Shown here in pieces: positions 16,934-24,869 of a stretch of 64,000 bases of DNA; position 1 is the first letter of the stretch; each line of letters starts with the position of its first letter. The position numbers and the translations under genes are program-made. This DNA comes from Candidatus Woesebacteria bacterium (GTDB lineage: Bacteria; Patescibacteriota; Microgenomatia; UBA1406; HO2-37-13b). The DNA lies in assembly GCA_018062135.1 (NCBI GenBank), contig JAGOSW010000001.1, positions 73,521 through 137,520 of the forward strand, read 5' to 3'. A model generated the notes under the pieces. That model did not search any database and was not told the origin of the DNA. It worked only from the letters and a program-made list of their open reading frames with translations.

Positions 16934-17232
16934 AATAAGAATGGAATTTCAAAAATTGTCGTAATTAAGCGTACTAGGAAAAAGCTAATAAATATTACTA
17001 CAATACCCAAACTTACATACAATATGGTGTTTTTTCCTGATTCAAGCTTTGCCTTATCTCCTCCTGCAGTAATAAAGAAGAAGGCGCCGCGAATTAATAC
17101 GATTAAAGCAATGAGTGTAATAACAACAAACCCGAAAGGAATAATTAAACCGAGCATTGTATTAATAGTTCCAAAACGAGCAGGAGCAAAATTGTCAGGA
17201 TTAATAAAGGGTGTAGGATTCATACTATACAT
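16930..17232 (-). CDS. TrbC/VirB2-like (T4SS-pilin-type) small membrane protein
   Basis: 'IRGAFFFITAGGDKAKLESGKNTILYVSLGIVVI' between two TM helices. It overlaps the downstream paralog by 4 nt. Confidence 0.6.
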   Translation of the reverse strand: MYSMNPTPFINPDNFAPARFGTINTMLGLIIPFGFVVITLIALIVLIRGAFFFITAGGDKAKLESGKNTILYVSLGIVVIFISFFLVRLITTIFEIPFLL

Positions 17233-17273
17233 GAGTGTAGTATATTTTGCGTGTATAATCTAGTCATACAAAT

Positions 17274-17969
17274 ATGGCAGATCGCGTACCACAACACGTA
17301 GCAATAATCCTTGATGGAAATCGTCGCTGGGCAAAATCGCAGGGAAAGAATGTCATAGAAGGCCATAAAGCTGGTGCAGAAAATGTATTAAAGATGATTC
17401 GCCACCTTTATAAGCGCAATATACACACAATAACTCTTTGGGTTTTTTCTACAGAAAATTGGACTAGAGATCAGCTACAGGTTCAGGCCCTCATGATGCT
17501 CTTTCAACAACTTGCGGACCCATATTTTAAAGAAGCCATAGAACAAAAAGCCCGCATTATTCATATTGGAAGGCGTGATCGTATACCACAAGGACTTCGC
17601 AAAAAAATTGAACAATACGAGCAGGATTCTGCTCATTTTACTGACCACGGGCTTAATATCGCTTTAGATTATGGCGGTCGTGATGATGTACTTCGTGCAA
17701 TACGCAAACTCGTTGAGCAGGGAGTTGATCCAGAAACTATAACTGAGGAATCGTTTAATAATTATCTCGATACAAAAGGCCAAAAATATCCAGAACCAGA
17801 CATAATTATTCGTACAGGGGGAGAAAATCGTATGTCGGGATTTATGATATGGCAAGGTGTGTATGCTGAATATTTTTTCCCGAAAAAATTCTTACCTGAG
17901 ATGACAACAGATGACCTAGATGCTATACTCGATGAGTATAAGAATCGCGATAGACGATTTGGAAAATAA
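17274..17969 (+). CDS. uppS: Undecaprenyl-diphosphate synthase (cis-prenyltransferase)
   Basis: 'HVAIILDGNRRWA', 'FSTENW' and 'IRTGGENRMSGFMIWQ'. Confidence 0.95.
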   Translation: MADRVPQHVAIILDGNRRWAKSQGKNVIEGHKAGAENVLKMIRHLYKRNIHTITLWVFSTENWTRDQLQVQALMMLFQQLADPYFKEAIEQKARIIHIGRRDRIPQGLRKKIEQYEQDSAHFTDHGLNIALDYGGRDDVLRAIRKLVEQGVDPETITEESFNNYLDTKGQKYPEPDIIIRTGGENRMSGFMIWQGVYAEYFFPKKFLPEMTTDDLDAILDEYKNRDRRFGK

Positions 17970-17984
17970 CCTAAGTTACGGCAT

Positions 17985-19025
17985 ATGTACGACCCGCACT
18001 ATACCATCACTAACAATATTCTAAAAAACATCGGCATTATAGAAGCTGCTCGTGAGGTTATAGCAGATGCGCCACTTCTCCCGTTGTGGGAAAAAAGGTT
18101 CAGAGATGATGCGGTTATCCGTACTGCACATCATGGCACACATATTGAAGGAAACAGGCTAAACCTTACTGAAGCGCAAGATGTGCTTTTAGGAAAAGAT
18201 GTCGTTGGAAGGGCGCGCGATGTTCAAGAGGTTATTAACTATAGAAGAACACTGCAAGTTATTGAAGAAGAGTCACGTAAAGATTTACAGCGAATTACAG
18301 AAGGAACTATTAAGAAGCTCCATAAGTCGGTTGTTGATGGCATTTTATTGCCTGAGCAGATTGGGGAATATCGTACAAAGCAAGTTGTTATAAAAAATAG
18401 TGAAACAGGTGAAGTTACGTTTAGGCCTTCACCTCCGGTTGAAGTGCCGTTTTTAATGCGCGAATTTCTTTATTGGCTTAATAAGTCTGATGCGGATATT
18501 CACCCAATATTAAAGGCGGCGATTGCGCACCATGAGTTGGTACGCATTCACCCATTTATTGATGGTAATGGACGTGTGGGAAGGGCTCTTTCAACGCTCA
18601 TTCTTTTCTTAGAAAAATATGACATTCGCCAATTTTTTTCGCTTGAAGAATATTACGATAAAGATGCGGTCACCTATTATGAGCATTTGCAAAAGGCGAA
18701 CGCTGGCGATATGACCGCATGGCTCGAATATTTTGTGCTGGGTGTGGCGATTGAATTCGAGCGGATTAAAAAGAAAATCTTAAAATTATCAAAAGACACG
18801 TATCTTAAAGAAAAACTAGGAGGGCGCCAAGTCTTTCTTTCAGAGCGCCAGACAAAGATAATCGAGTATATCCAAAGTATTGGATATATGCAGAATCAGA
18901 TGTTTGGGGAGGTTGTTGACGATGTGTCTGAAGATACAGTTTTGCGTGATTTGACTGATCTTATTGAAAAAGGAATTGTGAAGAAAGTTGGGAAGACTAA
19001 AGCTTCACGGTATGTTATGGTTTAG
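17985..19025 (+). CDS. Fic-family protein with C-terminal winged-helix
   Basis: Fic motif 'HPFIDGNGRVGR'. An N-terminal 'HIEGN' inhibitory-helix-like segment is present. Confidence 0.9.
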   Translation: MYDPHYTITNNILKNIGIIEAAREVIADAPLLPLWEKRFRDDAVIRTAHHGTHIEGNRLNLTEAQDVLLGKDVVGRARDVQEVINYRRTLQVIEEESRKDLQRITEGTIKKLHKSVVDGILLPEQIGEYRTKQVVIKNSETGEVTFRPSPPVEVPFLMREFLYWLNKSDADIHPILKAAIAHHELVRIHPFIDGNGRVGRALSTLILFLEKYDIRQFFSLEEYYDKDAVTYYEHLQKANAGDMTAWLEYFVLGVAIEFERIKKKILKLSKDTYLKEKLGGRQVFLSERQTKIIEYIQSIGYMQNQMFGEVVDDVSEDTVLRDLTDLIEKGIVKKVGKTKASRYVMV

Positions 19026-19027
19026 GT

Positions 19028-19118
19028 AACTAGCGATGTAGCTTCACACTCGACTCTCCGTGAAGGCTAGTCGTTGCTGCCTTCAAGTCGGTCTTCGTCG
19101 CGAATCTACATCGTAGTT
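19028..19118. other. Structured 91-nt intergenic element (long imperfect hairpin)
   Basis: Outer stem 19028-19041 / 19106-19118 has 13 bp and one bulge. Inner stems are 19051-55/19086-90 and 19062-67/19079-84. An alternative hairpin is 19042-47/19060-65. Confidence 0.35.
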
Positions 19119-19145
19119 TATAATACATAAAGTTGATTCTTATCT

Positions 19146-20915
19146 ATGAAATTTAAAGAACTTGCTGAATACTTTCACAAAATAGAACAAACTGCTTCGC
19201 GTAACGAAATGACGCAGATTCTTGCGGATCTATTTAATGAAATCCAGGTGGATGAGTTTGATAAGGTACTCTATTTGCTTCAAGGGAGACTCGCCCCACA
19301 ATATGTAAAAATCGATTTTGGGTTGGGAGAGAAAATGGTTGTAAGGGCGGCTACTGAAGCGCTGCAGCTTGATAAGAAGCTCTTTTTTGAGAGGTTTCAA
19401 CGGGAGGGCGATGCAGGTCGGGCTGTTGAGTATTTTAAAAAGACTATTGTCAGCATGCATGAGCGCGACATGACAATTACAGAAGTGTTTAACAAGTTAG
19501 AGGAATTAGCGAAATCAGGGGGCGAAGGTTCGCAAGAAAGAAAACTATCGATTTTAGCGGAGCTTATTCAAACCCTTGATGGACTGTCCGCAAGATTTGT
19601 CGTACGCATACCAACAAATACACTACGATTAGGCTTCTCTGATATGACAATTCTTGATGCATTTTCATGGATGTTAAAGGGAGATAAAAGCCTCCGGCCG
19701 GCAATTGAAGCGGCTTACCTGGTGCGGCCGGACCTCGGTTATATTGGCGTTACGCTAAAGAAAAGCGGCGAAAAAGGCGTAACGCATGTGACGCCGACTG
19801 TATTTACTCCTATTTTAATGATGCGCGCGCAGCGCGTCGGCGTTATTGACGAAATTTTCGACAAAATACAAGATGGCCTTGTGGAGCCAAAATATGATGG
19901 TTTTCGTCTACAAATTCATAAAAAAGGCGAAAAGGTAACACTTTTTTCGCGCGGACTTGAAGATGTGACATATATGTATCCCGATATTGTAGCGGGGATT
20001 CAAAAAGAAATAAAAGCGGACGCTGCGATTATCGAAGGTGAAGCCATTGGCTTCGATCCCTATACAGGCAGTTTTCTTCCCTTTCAAGAAACGGTCCAAC
20101 GTAAACGAAAATATAATATTGATGAAAAAGCGCTCGAAATCCCTTTACGTATGTTTGTCTTCGAGCTCCTCCATTGCGACGGCGATTCTCTTCTTACAGA
20201 ACCGCTTCATGTGCGGCTAGATAAGCTTCGATCCATCACAAAATTAACAGGAGACATATTCAAAGACACACTAATTCTCTCGATACAGGACATTTTAAAT
20301 GATAAAGAACATCTGGAAATAACTTTTGACGATGCGCTTTCTAAAGGTCTTGAAGGCCTCATGATTAAAAAAAGCGACGGTCTTTATAAGCCAGGCGCTC
20401 GCGGATTTAACTGGATTAAATATAAGCGAAGCCAATCGACAAAAATTGATGACACGATTGATTGCGTCGTAATGGGTTATGACAAGGGAAAAGGAAAGCG
20501 CACAGGATTTGGCATTGGCGCATTTTTGGTAGGTATTTATGATAAAAAAAAGGATATGTTTGAAACAGTCGCAAAAATAGGTACAGGTCTTTCTGACGAT
20601 GAATGGCGAGAAATGCATGAACGATGCAGTAAAATTATCAGCGATCATAAACCCGCTCTATATGATGTTGATACAATGATGAATGTTGATGTGTGGGTTC
20701 TTCCAAACATTGTCGTAGAAATTAAAGCAGATGAAATTACTCGCTCATCAGTTCATACTGCGGGTCGCTTATTAAAAGAATCAAAATCAGGAAAAGCATT
20801 TGATGTTGATGAACCTGGGTATGCTCTACGTTTTCCTCGACTCACACGTTTTCGCGATGATAAAAAACCTGAGGATGCCACCACAATTAAAGAAGTCAAA
20901 GAATTAGTCCGTTAG
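19146..20915 (+). CDS. ATP-dependent DNA ligase, three-domain Lig1/archaeal-like
   Basis: Adenylation motif I 'EPKYDGFRLQIH', plus an N-terminal DNA-binding domain and a C-terminal OB domain ('RFPRLTRFRDDK'). Confidence 0.9.
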   Translation: MKFKELAEYFHKIEQTASRNEMTQILADLFNEIQVDEFDKVLYLLQGRLAPQYVKIDFGLGEKMVVRAATEALQLDKKLFFERFQREGDAGRAVEYFKKTIVSMHERDMTITEVFNKLEELAKSGGEGSQERKLSILAELIQTLDGLSARFVVRIPTNTLRLGFSDMTILDAFSWMLKGDKSLRPAIEAAYLVRPDLGYIGVTLKKSGEKGVTHVTPTVFTPILMMRAQRVGVIDEIFDKIQDGLVEPKYDGFRLQIHKKGEKVTLFSRGLEDVTYMYPDIVAGIQKEIKADAAIIEGEAIGFDPYTGSFLPFQETVQRKRKYNIDEKALEIPLRMFVFELLHCDGDSLLTEPLHVRLDKLRSITKLTGDIFKDTLILSIQDILNDKEHLEITFDDALSKGLEGLMIKKSDGLYKPGARGFNWIKYKRSQSTKIDDTIDCVVMGYDKGKGKRTGFGIGAFLVGIYDKKKDMFETVAKIGTGLSDDEWREMHERCSKIISDHKPALYDVDTMMNVDVWVLPNIVVEIKADEITRSSVHTAGRLLKESKSGKAFDVDEPGYALRFPRLTRFRDDKKPEDATTIKEVKELVR

Positions 20916-22298
20916 AAGAGAGAAAAATTCATTCTTAATCTTCAAGTCAACTTCATCAAATGAAATATCTGGAACGTTTTTCATAGTTGGTTTGTATGCT
21001 TCGATATTTTTTTTGAGCGCCTCATCTATTTTTGCTGAATTTTTCATAACATAGCTTCGTCGTACTATATAAGCCAGTCCTTGGGATTGTAAGTAGGCCC
21101 CACGAGTAAGTTGGTCGATGTTTGAAGCAATAATTATTGAGCGTGGATATTTTTTGCTTGTATGATAATAATCAAGCAATGCTAAAAATGTTCCGGCGCC
21201 CCCATGATGTATAACATATTGCGCGCCATCTATATATGAGCTTAGCTCAACAAACCTATGTATATCTAAGCGAGGATCATTGATAATTTTTTGCAACTCT
21301 TCTACCCCAACAATATTTCCGGTTGTTACAACTATTTTTTCCTCAAAATACCGTAAGGCAAAACGTATTGTCGCGACCAATGTCTCTTTATCTGTTGTAC
21401 CGCCCATTGTAATGAAAATATGATTCTTGTGTGTGTGGGCAGTTTTGTCTTTCGCCACTGCTGCAAGTTTAATAAGTGGTGGTCCAATAATAATGTCATT
21501 TTTATTGAACTTATTCTTTAGCGGTACAGTAACATTCGGAAAATCAAGTATAAAATGATAGCCATTTTTCATATCATTGGTATGGAGAAGGTCAAAAAGA
21601 CTCATTTTTTTTATGTCGTCACGTTTCAACTTATTGGAAAGGCCCATGACGCATATGTATGACCCAAAATTAAGTACGCTTAAAAGCGATGATGTTATAA
21701 AATGAGAGCTCTTTGTTGCTCGTAAGAAGTCATTTACTTTTTCTGTGATGAAGTTTTCTGGCATTTGGATTGGCAGATTGTCGTGGTCTATCTTATCAAA
21801 TATCATATAACCATTTAGAGAAGAAATGACAATAGGATCATATGATGATCCATTCTCCTTCTCATCATGTAAATACATGCGCAGTGCATACATAAAATGA
21901 AAGTTTGTGTCGCACAGGATGATATCAGGCTTTTCTTTTTTGAGAAGCTCATAAAGCTTTTTTACATATAAAACTGCCTCGGGGCCCGTCATAAGCTTAT
22001 AAGCGAGACCGAGGTCAAGACTGTCCGATAGTTCTAATGCATTCTTCATAAGTTTCTCGGTAGGGAGTTTGAAGTAAGACACGTTTCGAGTTCCTAAATA
22101 TTCCTTAACAATTTTATCGGTCGCATCGCCCGATATAAAAGTAAATTCCATACCTTCACTGCGTGGGTCGTCGTATAGTAGTTTTACTATGTGTGCAAGT
22201 CTCGTAGCGTGTGCGAGGCCAACATCAATGGGACTAGCTAGGATTTTAAGGGGAGTATTATTTTGCATGATATCTCTTCTCAAGAGTTTTGAAAACAC
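20904..22298 (-). CDS. GT1/GT28-type (MGT-like) glycosyltransferase
   Basis: C-terminal nucleotide-sugar motif 'HHGGAGT'. The 3' end overlaps the ligase 3' end by 12 nt. Confidence 0.65.
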   Translation of the reverse strand: MFSKLLRRDIMQNNTPLKILASPIDVGLAHATRLAHIVKLLYDDPRSEGMEFTFISGDATDKIVKEYLGTRNVSYFKLPTEKLMKNALELSDSLDLGLAYKLMTGPEAVLYVKKLYELLKKEKPDIILCDTNFHFMYALRMYLHDEKENGSSYDPIVISSLNGYMIFDKIDHDNLPIQMPENFITEKVNDFLRATKSSHFITSSLLSVLNFGSYICVMGLSNKLKRDDIKKMSLFDLLHTNDMKNGYHFILDFPNVTVPLKNKFNKNDIIIGPPLIKLAAVAKDKTAHTHKNHIFITMGGTTDKETLVATIRFALRYFEEKIVVTTGNIVGVEELQKIINDPRLDIHRFVELSSYIDGAQYVIHHGGAGTFLALLDYYHTSKKYPRSIIIASNIDQLTRGAYLQSQGLAYIVRRSYVMKNSAKIDEALKKNIEAYKPTMKNVPDISFDEVDLKIKNEFFSLLTD

Positions 22299-22989
22299 GC
22301 GGTCCTAAGAAAATTTTATTATCAGCGAGTTCATAAGAAACAATACCGGCAGCAGCCAGAAATGACATATTTAAGTAACCTTTCTCTCTAAATCTTCTTA
22401 AAGAAATATAGTATTTCGGGAAAAATAAGTAGGTAAATTCACCACCCAAAAGAGTATTTTTTTTCACAAAATCATAGTCCTCAAAATATTTAAGACGAGG
22501 ATTAAATAATTTCTTAATTTTGTCTTTTTTTATTGCGATAAGGCATCCATGCTGGACTATATAAAAGACCTGTGACCATATATGCATATAAATATTGAAC
22601 GATTGCACAAAAAACTTTTCGAGCTTATTTTTTTCCTGAATATCACTTCTAAAGATCGCGATATCAAATCGTTTTATCTTGGTTTGGCGAATAAAACTAC
22701 TTATGAAGTTTTTGGGCAATACAGTGTCCGCATCGAGGATTAAGAGCCAGTCGCCTTTGGCATTTTTAATTCCTAAGTTGCGCTGAACAGATACATTCTT
22801 TACCTTTGAGGTCAAAATGCGTAAGTCAAGCTCTTTTGTATACGGAGTAATTTTTTGTACGGTTTTATCTTCTGATACACCATCAACAACAATGACTTCA
22901 AAATTCTTATTCGTTTGAAGTATCAAAGAATCAAGGAGGTGTGGCAGGTACTCCTCCTCATTATAGCTTGGTATAATGATGGAAATCAT
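22258..22989 (-). CDS. Family 2 glycosyltransferase
   Basis: 'ISIIIPSYNEEEYL' and 'LDADT' (DxD). Confidence 0.85.
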   Translation of the reverse strand: MISIIIPSYNEEEYLPHLLDSLILQTNKNFEVIVVDGVSEDKTVQKITPYTKELDLRILTSKVKNVSVQRNLGIKNAKGDWLLILDADTVLPKNFISSFIRQTKIKRFDIAIFRSDIQEKNKLEKFFVQSFNIYMHIWSQVFYIVQHGCLIAIKKDKIKKLFNPRLKYFEDYDFVKKNTLLGGEFTYLFFPKYYISLRRFREKGYLNMSFLAAAGIVSYELADNKIFLGPRVFKTLEKRYHAK

Positions 22990-22998
22990 ATTTTTTGT

Positions 22999-23907
22999 AT
23001 GGATGTTAACAGCAATTATATCAATTTTGTCTCTATTGTCATTATTAGCTATGATCCGACCGTAGCACAGCTAAAAAAAACACTCTCAGTGCTTCTAAAA
23101 CAGTCATACAGAAACTTTGAGGTTATCCTTGTAGATTCTGGAAAGGAAGAGCTTTCTACGCAATTATTGAAGACCACACTGCACAATACGACTATCTCTC
23201 ATACATCTATCGCTTTAAAGCCAAAAGGCACGCGATTTAACTATGCACATGCCTATAACGTTGGTATTCGTAAGTCAAAAGGCGATATTATTATTCGTCT
23301 TAGCGGCGATGCCGTTCCAATAGGCTCTCTCTGGATTAAGAGATGTGTTGAGTTAATGCAAAACAAAGAAATCGGCATCATATCAGGCATGGATATTATT
23401 AAAAACCAATTAAGTCTTGATACATATCTCCTTTCTGCTGTGTATGAGCGAGTTAAAAATACTGCCTTTCAACCAAAAAATAGAAATGTAATAAAAAACA
23501 TTCCGCTCATTAATGGTCCATGCATGGTTATTCGACGATCTATATGGACACGCCATAAGTTTAATGAGACATGGTTATGGGGTGAGGAGCTTGAATTTGG
23601 CGCCTGGGCGCTGAGAAATGGGTACTACTTGCTCTTTGATCCTCGTGTGCGAATTCTTCATTCACATAGACTCGAAACTGCGGAGGCGGTACAAAGAATA
23701 GGCTCTGATGCGCTCATGATCTATAAGGCGAAGAAGTTATTCCAAGACCAAGCAATTTTGGCAATGCAATCTATGTTAAAAAGCAGTTTGGAAGTTCCTT
23801 TTGCTCAAATTGAGAGAGGCAGACAATATTACTTGCATAATGGATCTGCCGAGAAATTTAGGAAATATATGAAAGAATTAACAAAACTTAAGAAGTTTTT
23901 TTCTTGA
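22999..23907 (+). CDS. Family 2 glycosyltransferase
   Basis: 'VSIVIISYD', 'RLSGDA' and a GT-A fold pattern. The internal ATG at 22999 is preferred over 22915. Confidence 0.8.
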   Translation: MDVNSNYINFVSIVIISYDPTVAQLKKTLSVLLKQSYRNFEVILVDSGKEELSTQLLKTTLHNTTISHTSIALKPKGTRFNYAHAYNVGIRKSKGDIIIRLSGDAVPIGSLWIKRCVELMQNKEIGIISGMDIIKNQLSLDTYLLSAVYERVKNTAFQPKNRNVIKNIPLINGPCMVIRRSIWTRHKFNETWLWGEELEFGAWALRNGYYLLFDPRVRILHSHRLETAEAVQRIGSDALMIYKAKKLFQDQAILAMQSMLKSSLEVPFAQIERGRQYYLHNGSAEKFRKYMKELTKLKKFFS

Positions 23908-24427
23908 AGAGCATCTTCTTAAACGACTGAAGAATTTGCTTTATGTTTCTCCCGCGTCTTTTCCAAAAGGATGGGAAATAGATAATATTTAAGAAAATGA
24001 GCGAAATGATAATAATAGCGTCATAAGATATTCGGGACCAGTACTTATCTTCTAAGAACAACCACAACGCAAACTCATCGAATGTAAGCCCAAGTCCAAT
24101 TCCGTAAACTATCGCAGTAATGCGATGAACGCGTTGTCTCAAGTCATAAAGTGCAACAAAACCGCAAATGGCTAAAAGTACAATGCCGATATTTAGATGA
24201 TGAACATGAATGCCTCTAATTTTTATTGATTCGATGAATATCGGAGAAGAAAGAATGTCTTGGTGAGTTAGGTATACATAGGTTCTTGCAATAGCAAACG
24301 ATGTCAAGAATGAAGTGAATATAATAAATGGTATATCCTCCATTCTGGACATTAATACTCGGGTAAGAAATTTATCTATTCTATCTGGAAGCTTCATAAG
24401 TAAGTGAGTATTGTACAAAACTTTCAA
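23888..24427 (-). CDS. Polytopic membrane protein, unknown function
   Basis: Four to five TM helices. Confidence 0.5.
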   Translation of the reverse strand: MKVLYNTHLLMKLPDRIDKFLTRVLMSRMEDIPFIIFTSFLTSFAIARTYVYLTHQDILSSPIFIESIKIRGIHVHHLNIGIVLLAICGFVALYDLRQRVHRITAIVYGIGLGLTFDEFALWLFLEDKYWSRISYDAIIIISLIFLNIIYFPSFWKRRGRNIKQILQSFKKMLFKKKTS

Positions 24428-24514
24428 TTCTAATGAAATAAGTATCTTAAATAGTTATCCACATGTATTCTAAAAATAATAAGTGGCTCTGCAATGGGCT
24501 AATTAAGTAATATA

Positions 24515-24536
24515 AATTATAGGATATCCTATAATT
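24515..24536. promoter_or_regulatory. Perfect 22-bp palindrome AATTATAGGATATCCTATAATT (candidate operator)
   Basis: Self-complementarity checked base by base. It lies 22 nt upstream of a -35 box. Confidence 0.4.
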
Positions 24537-24558
24537 AACATGTAAATAACTATGGGAC

Positions 24559-24587
24559 TTGACAAAGAATATTGGCTTGTTTAGACT
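24559..24587 (+). promoter_or_regulatory. Sigma70-type promoter TTGACA-17-TAGACT
   Basis: TTGACA at 24559-24564 and TAGACT at 24582-24587. Confidence 0.5.
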
Positions 24588-24599
24588 AAAGACTGAAGT

Positions 24600-24746
24600 A
24601 TGGAAAAAGTTAATGTAACAATACAATCGCGCATTGCAGATCTCTTAAATAAGGATAGGGTTAAGATGGTTGATTTCACAAAAGGTCAATTTGATGCAAT
24701 TAAGAGGAAGAAGCTAAGAATGCCTATTGAACTATATCAATTGTAG
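24600..24746 (+). CDS. Small ORF (48 aa), not in the ORF track
   Basis: The product is MEKVNVTIQSRIADLLNKDRVKMVDFTKGQFDAIKRKKLRMPIELYQL. It starts 12 nt after the promoter -10. Confidence 0.3.
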   Translation: MEKVNVTIQSRIADLLNKDRVKMVDFTKGQFDAIKRKKLRMPIELYQL

Positions 24747-24765
24747 TACTTTGGGGCTCTGGGAT

Positions 24766-24819
24766 AAAAAAAGAGCATCACTACCGTTCGGTTAAGGTTC
24801 GACGTGTAGTCATGCCCTC
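24766..24819 (-). terminator. Terminator of the YYY membrane-protein gene
   Basis: On the minus strand: GAGGGCATGACTAC...GTAGTGATGCTC followed by TTTTTTT. Confidence 0.5.
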
Positions 24820-24869
24820 TTATGGGTCTCCGAGGATCGGAGTTACTTAATACAGTATCAGAAAATATA

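Noticed and set aside
19028-19118. The structured element considered as SRP (4.5S) RNA or a tRNA-like gene
   Set aside because: The apical loop is 11 nt rather than a GNRA tetraloop. The conserved SRP domain IV motifs (GGAA / AGCA symmetric loop) are absent on both strands, and there is no T-loop. It is retained only as an unclassified structure.
24455-24463. Perfect DnaA box TTATCCACA in the 440-bp AT-rich gap, 4.7 kb from rpmH-yidC-jag. Considered as a possible oriC.
   Set aside because: I found only one consensus box and no cluster of boxes. dnaA and dnaN are not adjacent. Strand-bias switches in the window (35685, about 53900) do not coincide with it. A genome-wide GC-skew plot would be needed.
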